A stretch of DNA of 64,000 bases. Origin: Candidatus Poribacteria bacterium (GTDB lineage Bacteria > Poribacteria > WGA-4E > WGA-3G). Location of the stretch: assembly GCA_965205015.1 (NCBI GenBank), contig OZ242029.1:960001-1024000 (forward strand), written 5' to 3'. Position 1 is the stretch's first letter. Each line of letters opens with the position of its first letter. This document shows, one piece after another, positions 20,397 through 29,490 of the stretch. The notes under the pieces are model-generated. The model was given only the letters and a program-made list of their open reading frames with translations. It was not told the DNA's origin and ran no database searches. The position numbers and the translations under genes were made by a program.

Positions 20397-20552
20397 GCGC
20401 TCTCCTTTTTTTATTTTTCTACCGGTACATTACTTTTTATCTCCCTCTTTCTTGAGTTCTCCCCAGCGTCTCGGAAGTTTGTCTTGTGGGTTCACCGCCA
20501 GAAAACCGGGGTCATACGCCGCAACGCTCTGCTCCTTTTTTCAGAAACCTAT

Positions 20553-21083
20553 CTACGGCGAGGGTATCGTAGAATCGACATTCAGCGGTTTCTCTATTAG
20601 CACAACCGGTGCCTGACAACAATCGCAATTCCCCGGGGCAACTGCTCGGATGTAGCATATATCGCAGTAGTAATAGAGCTCGTGTATCACACCATCTTTG
20701 ACAGAATAAAACCGGATAACTTCCAATAGTTGCGTGTTGGGAAAGACGCGACCGTTGAGAATCAGATCTTTCTCATGGAGCTGTTCATCCACAAAGAGTG
20801 CCTCCGCCAGCGATGTCGGTAAAAGCGTATAGTATCCTTCATCCTCGGTCTTGACCCCGTATAGACGATCGCGGGTTTTAAAGAGTTCTACGGCATAGTG
20901 CGTGTGCATCTCCTCCGCCAAGCAGACGATTTTGCCTCGGAGTTCAACGTTTTGCGGTTTCTCTTTTGGTGTAGATTGCAAGCCAAAATCTGCTGCCTGA
21001 GGATCGGTTGCCGGTTTGGCACCACTCATCAGAAAAACCAGAATAACGAAAAATGGGGATAATCGTTTGAAATTACGCATCAC
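20553..21083 (-). CDS. Exported hypothetical protein with Cys-rich C-terminal metal-binding motif
   Basis: Signal-like N-terminus; YYYCDIC...PGNCDCC. GTG start with AAGGAG SD. Confidence 0.72.
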   Translation of the reverse strand: MMRNFKRLSPFFVILVFLMSGAKPATDPQAADFGLQSTPKEKPQNVELRGKIVCLAEEMHTHYAVELFKTRDRLYGVKTEDEGYYTLLPTSLAEALFVDEQLHEKDLILNGRVFPNTQLLEVIRFYSVKDGVIHELYYYCDICYIRAVAPGNCDCCQAPVVLIEKPLNVDSTIPSP

Positions 21084-21124
21084 TTATCTCCTTTTCGGCT
21101 GTTACGGCACACGGCGTGTGCCTA

Positions 21125-22000
21125 CTACCTTACAGAAGTTGCCCACCGATTTGGACCAGGACCGGGCTGATGTTCATCACGAACGCGCTTAAATTCCTCA
21201 GGCGTCGTAACAACATCCTCGGGATGCAACCGACTCCGCGCGAGAAAGCCTGCTTCCGGTTGATAGCCGGTCGGTTTCGACGCATCTTGATAGCGGGAAT
21301 CAACACTCCATCGGACCTGGTGACTGACATTCGGAATGGAGCGGTGCGGGGTCAGATTGGTAAGTAGAAGTATGCTGCCAAACTTGACAGGGACCACTAC
21401 CGGATCAACTTCGGGCAATTCGTCCTGTGGAATTTCAAGATAGAAACGTTCAGAGTGACGATGCCGGAAAACACCATCCCGATGGGCATGCGGGATGACT
21501 TCCAAACATCCGTTCTCCACGGTAGCATCTATCAATGGAATCCAAATTGTGAGCTGCAAGACAGAATCGCATTTAGGTTCCATATAGCCAGCGTCCTGAT
21601 GCCACGGGACGAGCGTCCGATCGTGTTCAGGGAGTTTCGGACGCACCCGATATGCTGGGTGACACATAATCTCCGGTCCAACGAGCGACTCGGCAAGGTC
21701 AAGCAACTTCGGATGACTAAGTAGATCAAAGAGTGCCGGTCCCGTGTGTGCACCACTGAACACCTTCTGGAACACGACCGGCGACTGCGCCGTAATTTTT
21801 GCCAAACGGGTGTCAAACCCTTCCGTTTTGAATTCGGAGTCAATTTCACCGTCCGCGTAGAGTTCCGATGCGCCAGTGTCGACAATTTCCTCAAACTCTG
21901 CGATCAGTGGGTTCAGGTCGTCCGGTGCCAAGGCATCTTCGATGAGTAGATAGCCGTTTTCATTAAAATCGTGGATTTGCGAATTGGTTAATGCTTTCAT
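21125..22000 (-). CDS. PhyH family dioxygenase
   Basis: F.ENGYL, PWHQDAG, NGCLEVIP, PHRS, RWSVD.RY; start at MKALT. Confidence 0.9.
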   Translation of the reverse strand: MKALTNSQIHDFNENGYLLIEDALAPDDLNPLIAEFEEIVDTGASELYADGEIDSEFKTEGFDTRLAKITAQSPVVFQKVFSGAHTGPALFDLLSHPKLLDLAESLVGPEIMCHPAYRVRPKLPEHDRTLVPWHQDAGYMEPKCDSVLQLTIWIPLIDATVENGCLEVIPHAHRDGVFRHRHSERFYLEIPQDELPEVDPVVVPVKFGSILLLTNLTPHRSIPNVSHQVRWSVDSRYQDASKPTGYQPEAGFLARSRLHPEDVVTTPEEFKRVRDEHQPGPGPNRWATSVR

Positions 22001-22405
22001 AATTTTTATAAGAGGGTTTTGCTTTATTGCGTTGTTCTTCGTTGACGAACCCATTTTTGATGAAGTGTGAGTGCTGACATCTTTGACAGTTCATCGTCTG
22101 TGCCTCCTGAAGCCAGCGTTCTTTTTTTATGAGGATACCAGATCAATTGATATGCGTCAAGTGAAAAATTAGTTTGATTTTTTTGATATTTTTTTTAAAT
22201 TTGTTATTCTTTAGACGAATACAATTGGATGTGATATATTAGTGTTGGTTGGGGAAACACCCAAGCAAAAATGCCGTACTGTATCGTCGAAAAAAGACGT
22301 GAAACCCAATAATTTCTTAAAATTGAATGGTTCTAACAAAAAGTTAACGTTAACGGGAATTTGACTTGTAAAATCCTATTACACCGCTAAAAGGAGAAAA
22401 TTCTA

Positions 22406-24916
22406 ATGAAAAAAATGCTGCTTTCTATATTTCTAACGCATATTATCGTTTCAACACTTTTGCTATCAAACGCCTTTGCACAAGACGACACAACGTGGTA
22501 CCTACCCGAAGGTGCCAAAGCCCGGTTCGGTAAAGGTAGTGTGGCGGAGATAAAGTATTCCCCAGATGGTGCCCGTTTAGCAGTTGCGAGTGGTATCGGT
22601 ATTTGGCTTTATGATGCGGAGACCTATCAAGCGTTATCCCTACTCACAGGGCATACGCGTCCGGTTATTAGCGTAGCATTCAGTCCAGATGGGAAGATGC
22701 TTGCAAGTGGGAGTGAGGATCGCACGGTCCGTTTATGGGATGCGTTGACAGGTGAACAAAAACAGACACTCACAGGGCATGCGCATTGGGTCGCTAGTGT
22801 AGCGTTCAGTCCAGATGGGCAGACCCTCGCAAGTGGCAGTTGGGATAAGACGGTCCGTTTATGGGATGCGTTGACAGGTGAACACAAGCAAACACTCACA
22901 GGACATACGTATGCGGTCTATAGTGTAGCGTTCAGTCCAGATGGGCAGACCCTCGCAAGTGGCAGTGACGACACGGTCCATTTATGGGATGCGTTGACGG
23001 GTGAACAAAAACAGACACTCACAGGGCATATGCGTTCTTTGAGGAGCGTAGCGTTCAGTCCAGATGGGCAGACCCTCGCAAGTGGGGATTGGTACGGCGT
23101 GACCAATTTATGGGATGCGTTGACAGGTGAACACAAGCAAACAGCCACAGGTGGTCGGTGTTGGGTCGTTAGCGAAGTATCGTTCAGTCCGGATGGAGGG
23201 ACACTCGCAAGTGCGGGAGGTTTTGTGCGCGGTGCTATCGATTTATGGGATGCGTTGACAGGTGGATATAAGCAAACACTCACAGGGCATATAAGTACGG
23301 TCTATAGTGTAGCGTTCAGTCCCGATGGGCAAACCCTCGCAAGTAGTGCTGCGGATGGTACGATTCGTTTCTGGGATGCGTTGACAGGTGAACACAAGCA
23401 AACACTCACAGGACATACGTATGAGGTCTATAATGTAGCGTTCAGTCCAGATGGCAAGACGCTTGCAAGTACAAACTACACGACTATCCGTTTATGGGAT
23501 GCATTGACGGGTGAACAAAAACAGACACTCATAGGGGATATAAATTTTTTGGACACCGTAGCGTTCAGTCCCGATGGGCAAATCCTCGCAAGTGGGGATC
23601 GTAGTCGCATTGTGTTTTTGTGGGATGTGTTGACGGGTGAACGAAAACAAATACCCGCACCAATACTCACAGAGCATCTAAGTACGACCCGTAGTGTAGC
23701 GTTCAGTCCCGATGGGCAAACCCTCGCAAGTAGCAGTGGGGATAAGACGGTCCGTTTATGGGATGTGTTGACGGGTGAACAAAAACAGACACTCACAGGA
23801 CATACGCATGCGGTCCATAATGTAGCGTTCAGTCCCGATGGGCAAACCCTCGCAAGTGGCAGTGGGGATAAGACGGTCCGTTTATGGGATGTGTTGACGG
23901 GTGAACAAAAACAAATACTCACAGGGCATACAAGTTCGCTCCTTAGTGTAGCGTTCAGTCCCGATGGGCAAACCCTCGCAAGTGGCAGTGGGGATAAGAC
24001 GGTCCGTTTATGGGATGTGTTGACGGGTGAACAAAAGCAAACACTCACAGGGCATATAAGTACGGTCTATAGTGTAGCGTTCAGTCCCGATGGGCAAACC
24101 CTCGCAAGTAGCGGTTATGTTAGGATTCGTTTATGGGATGTGTTGACGGGTGAACCAAAACAAATACTCACAGGGCATACACGTACGGTCCTTAGTGTAG
24201 CGTTCAGTCCCGATGGGCAAACCCTCGCAAGTGGCAGTGAGGATGGCACTGTGCTTTTGTGGGATGTTACGCCTTTTTCCACAAAGCCTGATTCCGTGTA
24301 TCCTGTATGGGATGTAAATGAGGATGGTCAAATCAACATATTGGATTTGGTTGCTGTGGCACAAAACCTCGAAAAACCTTTAACAGTGAACCCACGGGCA
24401 GATGTGAACAGTGATAATAGTATCAATATTTTAGACTTAGTGCTTGTCTCGCAACATTTGGGCGGATCAACACGTGCTGCTCCTACAAGTATTGTCAGAT
24501 TAGATCTTGACCCGGTACGCGTTGAAGGGTGGTTAGCACTGGCGCGGATTGAAAACGACGGTTCTTTAGCATTCCGACAAGGTATAGCGAATCTGGAACG
24601 GCTTTTAGCATCGCTGATCCCGGAAGAAACAGGACTCTTGCCAAACTACCCCAATCCCTTCAACCCGGAAACGTGGATACCGTATCAGTTGGCAAAATTT
24701 ACAGCGGTTAGCATCTCTATTTATGCTGCCAATGGGCACTTGGTTCGGAGGTTAGACTTAGGGCATCAACCTGCGGGTTTATATAAATCACGTAGCCGTG
24801 CAGCGTATTGGGATGGTAAAAACGATCTCGGTGAGCCTATTGCGAGCGGCGTGTATTTCTATTCATTTACTGCTGGGGATTTCACCGCAACGCGGAAGAT
24901 GCTGATACGGAAATAG
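22406..24916 (+). CDS. Exported WD40-repeat protein with dockerin-like domain and FlgD-Ig/T9SS-type CTD
   Basis: About 14 near-identical ~126-nt repeats; DVNEDGQINILDL; NYPNPFNPETWIPY. Confidence 0.92.
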   Translation: MKKMLLSIFLTHIIVSTLLLSNAFAQDDTTWYLPEGAKARFGKGSVAEIKYSPDGARLAVASGIGIWLYDAETYQALSLLTGHTRPVISVAFSPDGKMLASGSEDRTVRLWDALTGEQKQTLTGHAHWVASVAFSPDGQTLASGSWDKTVRLWDALTGEHKQTLTGHTYAVYSVAFSPDGQTLASGSDDTVHLWDALTGEQKQTLTGHMRSLRSVAFSPDGQTLASGDWYGVTNLWDALTGEHKQTATGGRCWVVSEVSFSPDGGTLASAGGFVRGAIDLWDALTGGYKQTLTGHISTVYSVAFSPDGQTLASSAADGTIRFWDALTGEHKQTLTGHTYEVYNVAFSPDGKTLASTNYTTIRLWDALTGEQKQTLIGDINFLDTVAFSPDGQILASGDRSRIVFLWDVLTGERKQIPAPILTEHLSTTRSVAFSPDGQTLASSSGDKTVRLWDVLTGEQKQTLTGHTHAVHNVAFSPDGQTLASGSGDKTVRLWDVLTGEQKQILTGHTSSLLSVAFSPDGQTLASGSGDKTVRLWDVLTGEQKQTLTGHISTVYSVAFSPDGQTLASSGYVRIRLWDVLTGEPKQILTGHTRTVLSVAFSPDGQTLASGSEDGTVLLWDVTPFSTKPDSVYPVWDVNEDGQINILDLVAVAQNLEKPLTVNPRADVNSDNSINILDLVLVSQHLGGSTRAAPTSIVRLDLDPVRVEGWLALARIENDGSLAFRQGIANLERLLASLIPEETGLLPNYPNPFNPETWIPYQLAKFTAVSISIYAANGHLVRRLDLGHQPAGLYKSRSRAAYWDGKNDLGEPIASGVYFYSFTAGDFTATRKMLIRK

Positions 24917-25052
24917 TATCATATGACCATAGGAGTGCTGGGATGCTGATGTCTATTAGCTTCCCAGCGATCACTGATGAGTGGAAATGATGTGCTTGCA
25001 GGCACATTTGCTTGAAGTATAACAATACGGGTAAGGGGTGTCAACCCTATTT

Positions 25053-25910
25053 TCAACGGATCTGCTCCTTTTTTACTAAGTTTTCATCCATGGTTTTGAG
25101 TTGATCCTCTGGAATGAGGTCGAGATATTGAGTAATAACGCGTCTCGAAAGTCGTGTAATCTGTGAGATTTCGTCAATATCTGCGGTCGCTCTGCGAACG
25201 ACTTTCACCGACTCATAATCCCGGATGTATCGGTCAACAGCCTCCTTGGAGTGCTTGGTCTTGGCAGCAATAGTTGGGGTGAGATACCCTTGAAGATAGA
25301 GGGTGATGATCTCTCTCTTGTGGGTAATCGCCCCCGATAGGTCGTGGATATTGCCCCGAGTGGGTAAGATGTCTCCTGTGGTTCTCTGCCATTCATTGAC
25401 GTAGTCCTGGACGACAGCATCACAGACATTGAGCAAAACTGCCAAGTCGAGTTGCGTCAATAAGGCGCCCTGGTCATAAGCTTGATGACACCAGCGGACC
25501 AAGCGATTGATCCGGAGTTGCCGGGAGGTAAACCCGTTGCGAAACGATTCAACATCCTCTGTAGCAAGATAGGTCAGGAGGATGGGTTTCATACGGGTCT
25601 TGATGATCGCTTTGCCTCTTTCTGGGTATTCATCAATCGGCACCGCCATCCAGACGAGTTGTCCATAGCGGAGGTATCGCTCCTCGGGGAGTTCGTCGCC
25701 CGTGGCAAGTTTCTCCAAAGGGAGGGTAATGACGAAATACTCCTCAACAGTCTTGAGGATATCCTCAACAATAGCAGTCGCAGTGACTTCGCCTTTATCA
25801 TACCCGTAGTCATTCAAAAAGCGATGGATGAGCAACTGTCGTAGGGATTTATCGTTGATGCGTCTGAACTTCTTCTCGTTGATTTGCGTGCGCGTCAAAG
25901 GCTTGCTCAT
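25053..25910 (-). CDS. DUF1670-like HTH-containing protein
   Basis: AYDQGALLTQLDLAVLL, PTRGNIHDLSGAITHK, TKHSKEAVDRYIRDY match the DUF1670 pattern as I recall it. Confidence 0.8.
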   Translation of the reverse strand: MSKPLTRTQINEKKFRRINDKSLRQLLIHRFLNDYGYDKGEVTATAIVEDILKTVEEYFVITLPLEKLATGDELPEERYLRYGQLVWMAVPIDEYPERGKAIIKTRMKPILLTYLATEDVESFRNGFTSRQLRINRLVRWCHQAYDQGALLTQLDLAVLLNVCDAVVQDYVNEWQRTTGDILPTRGNIHDLSGAITHKREIITLYLQGYLTPTIAAKTKHSKEAVDRYIRDYESVKVVRRATADIDEISQITRLSRRVITQYLDLIPEDQLKTMDENLVKKEQIR

Positions 25911-26707
25911 CGGAGATCCCCCTTTTTTTCCTCCATGGGTTCGGGGTGAAGCAGCTGGGTCATGCGATCGGTGTCTTGGTATTGCTCATACAGCGAGAGA
26001 TACTCGCGAATGAGGCGGTCCGAGAGGTGGGTGATCAGGCGTATCTGTCCCCTCGGGAAGTCTTGGTGATGGAGCGTGGCGACCTGTGTGAAGTCTCTGA
26101 GGTAGCGGTAGATGGCGCGTTCGGAGTGGTTGGTCTTTTGCTCAATCTCGGTGAAGGTGTAGTCCTTGAAATACAAATCGAGAATCTGCGTCTTGTGAGA
26201 CAGTCCCGGTCCCATGTCGTGTTTCGCCCCGCGCGTCATGACGAAATACCCGTCCTGCTTCAAGGCGCGGATGTCGCGTTTGACGTTTGCCGGACTCGTG
26301 GTGAGTAAGATGGCTAAATCTTCATAACTCAGCAAGGCGTCTTGGTCATAAGCCTCTTTGGTCAATCGCAGGATGCGGTGGCGTCTGAGGCCTGCCAGAC
26401 CATAACTCGCTAAGACTTCGAAGTCTTCTTCGACCTCATTGAGCGTCAGTCGACAGGAGACTTTCTTCGCTAAAGCGATGTGTTTCCCTGCGGGTTCTTC
26501 GGCAGCGACCGCCTCGTAGCAGATCTGTCCTGAGGTAAGTTGGATATCGGCGTGTTGTTCGAAGTAGGTAGAAATCTGCTTATAGTAGGCTTCGGCCATT
26601 ATAGGTGCCAGATGAAAGTCTGCGGCGATCTTCTGAATGATAGCAGCTCTGGCGTTCTTGGATTCGAGGCGTTTGATACCGTAGGCGGTATCTTTCTTAG
26701 GATTCAT
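25907..26707 (-). CDS. DUF1670-like HTH-containing protein (upstream paralog)
   Basis: AYDQDALLSYEDLAILL, TRGAKHDMGPGLSHK, TNHSERAIYRYLRDF; GGAGG SD before ATG 26707; ATGA overlap with downstream paralog. Confidence 0.8.
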   Translation of the reverse strand: MNPKKDTAYGIKRLESKNARAAIIQKIAADFHLAPIMAEAYYKQISTYFEQHADIQLTSGQICYEAVAAEEPAGKHIALAKKVSCRLTLNEVEEDFEVLASYGLAGLRRHRILRLTKEAYDQDALLSYEDLAILLTTSPANVKRDIRALKQDGYFVMTRGAKHDMGPGLSHKTQILDLYFKDYTFTEIEQKTNHSERAIYRYLRDFTQVATLHHQDFPRGQIRLITHLSDRLIREYLSLYEQYQDTDRMTQLLHPEPMEEKKGDLR

Positions 26708-26954
26708 AGTGACCTCCATGAGGTGAGTCTTGGTGATGAAAATACATCTACCTGTTAGGTGAACTCATACTATCAGTATAAATCCTATGGTCATTTGATA
26801 CAAACTATAAGTAGATACAAAGTGTATTTGTCGTCTATTATATTTATTTTCTCCGAGTGCCCGGTAGGTCGCTCGGACAGTAGTCTGCTCGTTAGGTTTC
26901 ACTGTGTTTAACCCAACCTGCTTAATTGACAACTATGGTGCGGTTAGATGAAGT

Positions 26955-27380
26955 TTAAAAATTAACTTGGACCAATTCAACCAGAATGCCATCTGGGTCC
27001 CTCGCGCACGCAACGCCCACTGCGTCCGGTGCGCCTATAGGTTCAGACAGAAATTCAACACCGTTCTGTTTTAAGGCTTCGACGGTTCCCTGAATATCTT
27101 CTACAAAAAAGGTAAGCCAGCGGACACCCGCTGCGAATTCACCCGTGGGTGTCGGCGGAGGCGATTCAATATCCATGAGTTTGATAAGTGTGTTACCGGC
27201 TTTAAGCCGGACCTGACGAAAACCTGTCGGCGCAAGCCCTACACCGCGGGCAAGGTCATCTGGAATTTCCAACTCCAGCACGATCTCCAGCCCCAATTTG
27301 TTGTGATAGAAGTCCAGCGAGGCTTCAAAGTCGCTACAGGTAATAGCAATGTCAATAGTGGGATGCGATAGGTTTAGCAC
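26955..27380 (-). CDS. VOC/glyoxalase family protein
   Basis: DFEASLDFY...LG, RDPDGILVELVQ. Confidence 0.88.
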   Translation of the reverse strand: MLNLSHPTIDIAITCSDFEASLDFYHNKLGLEIVLELEIPDDLARGVGLAPTGFRQVRLKAGNTLIKLMDIESPPPTPTGEFAAGVRWLTFFVEDIQGTVEALKQNGVEFLSEPIGAPDAVGVACARDPDGILVELVQVNF

Positions 27381-27386
27381 GAATTT

Positions 27387-29219
27387 CTAACCTCCAGTCA
27401 GAACGAAGATTGCTTCTCGAAATTGACCGAGTGGACGTGTGTCATAGGTAATGTCCACTGGAACGACAATTCTCTTTCCCAAAGCGTCACGACGTATCGG
27501 TATTGGAACGGAAAAATCGATGTGACCATCTGATCGCGCTGGAATCGTTGCTTCCGCCGGGGGAAGCTCCATATTCCATGCGCTCGGAAGAATCGGTTGG
27601 GCAATTGCCGTACATGGTTCAGACGAATGATTCGTTATCTCCACGCTTAGCTGTGCCGTTTCCCCAAGTGCGATCTCCTGTTCATAAGGATAACACCGGA
27701 TCCAATGTTCATCCATGCCGTAATTGGCGTGGTCCCAAGGGAAAAGGGCAGTATAGCATTTTTCACGTTCGGCAAGTATGTCCAGCATACACTGAATCTC
27801 AGCGTCAGTAAAATCAAAGGCTGGATCGACATGACAATTAAAGATATGCGTCGGTTCGAGCTGCTGAATACGCCGCAGACATTTCTCGTAACCGACATCT
27901 TTGCCGAGCAAATTCCGATTTCCGGAACAATAGTCGTCTATTCCCGCCATTGTGAAGGAGTCACCTGCAAAAAACATCCGAACACCGCGTCCCTCAACGA
28001 GAAGTCCACCGTGATAATAGGTCTGTCCCGGGAAATGGTATGCCGTCATTGTGAACTCATTCCACTGCCAAGAGTCCGCATCACGGGTAATGCGATCCAC
28101 TCGGGTAACCGAAGGTGAAATACAGGGAAGCCGGAAACCGATTGGATTTGTGATGACACGTGCGACAACCGAATCCGTTATCGTTTCACACGGGAAAGTT
28201 GTCTGAAATTCAGGGATAGCATCAACGTGATCGTCGTGGTAGTGCGTCACCCAAAACTGGGTGACCTCTGAAATTTCGCCGTCTGCTTGCAGCTGTTGGA
28301 TCTGTTTGATAACATTCGGTGAGCCGCAATCCATCACGAATGCTTCACCGTTTTCGGAAATAATCATCCACGTTGTGCCGAAATGACGCAGGAATTCGGG
28401 GGGTGGCTTGCCTTCTCGGATAGGCATGTGTCCCGCGCGTCCCTCAAATTCAGCAAAGAGTTTCGGGAAATAGTGCCGGAGGGCGGAGATTGAGACGTAT
28501 CTATCGTAACAGTGTGCTAACTGCTGTAGGAGCGAATCGATTGCCCTGTCTGGGTTGTTCATAACAACACCGTGCGTGGGAATAAGTGCCGTTGGCGATA
28601 CCCGACGGACTTTCTCAAGACTCCCAGTGAGTTCATCGCGTGCACCGAGAAATCCGTGATAGTCGCTCGTTTGCTGTCCTTTTTGTAAACTGTAGAGTTC
28701 CCACAACTGCCCCTCGTCATAAATGAGATCGCCGGAGAAGGCGAATCGCTCCCCATCAACATCAACGAGATAAGTGACGCTTCCATCGGTATGCCCTGGT
28801 GTTTCAAGGACTGTCAAGGCTGCCGGACCCCATTCAAACTGCACACCGTCGGCATACGTATCCGTCCCAGGGACAGCATTGGCGAGCATGAGATTGTGAG
28901 GGTGATAATTATAGAGATGCCATCGATATTGCGGATCGTTCCAAAAGGTCTCAACCTCGCCAAACCACGCCGCCTCTTTCGCTGGAACGCCGACGCGAAC
29001 ATTATCAGGCATTCGGAAGCCTGCAGTGTTATCTCGATGGTGATGCGTAAACAGAATCTGTTCAACGTCAGTGATCCCGATTTCCGCGAGTGTGGTACAG
29101 AGAGTAGTGCCACTCGGATCAATGAGGAGTGCGCGGCCGCCATCCCGGAGAATACCTGTGTTGACATGCCCGTGATGAACGTATAGGTGATGGCTGAGTT
29201 GAGAAAAGCGAGATTGCAC
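27387..29219 (-). CDS. Tandem metallo-beta-lactamase-fold hydrolase
   Basis: THHHRDN, TPGHTDG, FSGD, second THYHDDH; start taken at GTG 29219 to avoid overlap with relE. Confidence 0.82.
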   Translation of the reverse strand: MQSRFSQLSHHLYVHHGHVNTGILRDGGRALLIDPSGTTLCTTLAEIGITDVEQILFTHHHRDNTAGFRMPDNVRVGVPAKEAAWFGEVETFWNDPQYRWHLYNYHPHNLMLANAVPGTDTYADGVQFEWGPAALTVLETPGHTDGSVTYLVDVDGERFAFSGDLIYDEGQLWELYSLQKGQQTSDYHGFLGARDELTGSLEKVRRVSPTALIPTHGVVMNNPDRAIDSLLQQLAHCYDRYVSISALRHYFPKLFAEFEGRAGHMPIREGKPPPEFLRHFGTTWMIISENGEAFVMDCGSPNVIKQIQQLQADGEISEVTQFWVTHYHDDHVDAIPEFQTTFPCETITDSVVARVITNPIGFRLPCISPSVTRVDRITRDADSWQWNEFTMTAYHFPGQTYYHGGLLVEGRGVRMFFAGDSFTMAGIDDYCSGNRNLLGKDVGYEKCLRRIQQLEPTHIFNCHVDPAFDFTDAEIQCMLDILAEREKCYTALFPWDHANYGMDEHWIRCYPYEQEIALGETAQLSVEITNHSSEPCTAIAQPILPSAWNMELPPAEATIPARSDGHIDFSVPIPIRRDALGKRIVVPVDITYDTRPLGQFREAIFVLTGG

Positions 29220-29223
29220 TGTA

Positions 29224-29490
29224 TCAAAAATCCTTATAGGCGACTGAACGGTGCCGAATTCGGGAAACTTCAATCGTTTGCGTTTGTCTGTCAAAGGTAT
29301 AGATAATCCGGTATATATCAGCAACTCGTAAACTAAACTGCCCTCTGTATCTACCTTTTAGTGCCCTATGTGGATATGTTTCGCAAATGTCACATAACCG
29401 CTCAAGTTTGTTGAGAACTTGCGCTTGAATGTTCGTACTCAAACGTCGCAGATCCCGTCTTGCATTTGAGGTCAGTCTCAATTCATACAT
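29224..29490 (-). CDS. relE: RelE/ParE family toxin
   Basis: 88 aa, basic; ARRDLRRL, LKG....FSLRV..YRIIY, I.HRS..YK. Confidence 0.85.
   Translation of the reverse strand: MYELRLTSNARRDLRRLSTNIQAQVLNKLERLCDICETYPHRALKGRYRGQFSLRVADIYRIIYTFDRQTQTIEVSRIRHRSVAYKDF

Larger units (their letters stand above)
24916..26801 (-). mobile_element. Putative novel IS-like element carrying two DUF1670-like genes
   Basis: Left end GTATCATATGACCATAGGAGT (24916-24936) vs reverse complement of right end GTATCAAATGACCATAGGATT (26781-26801), 19/21 identical; encloses only two coupled paralogs; no TSD. Confidence 0.68.

Noticed and set aside
22640-24270. Regular ~126-nt repeats as a CRISPR array or DGR target
   Set aside because: They are in-frame WD40 coding units; there are no spacers, cas genes or reverse transcriptase, and no adenine-specific template/variable pair was seen.
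24905-26812. Target-site duplication around the DUF1670 element
   Set aside because: Flanks GGAAATA and AAACTAT do not form a direct repeat at any end placement I tried.
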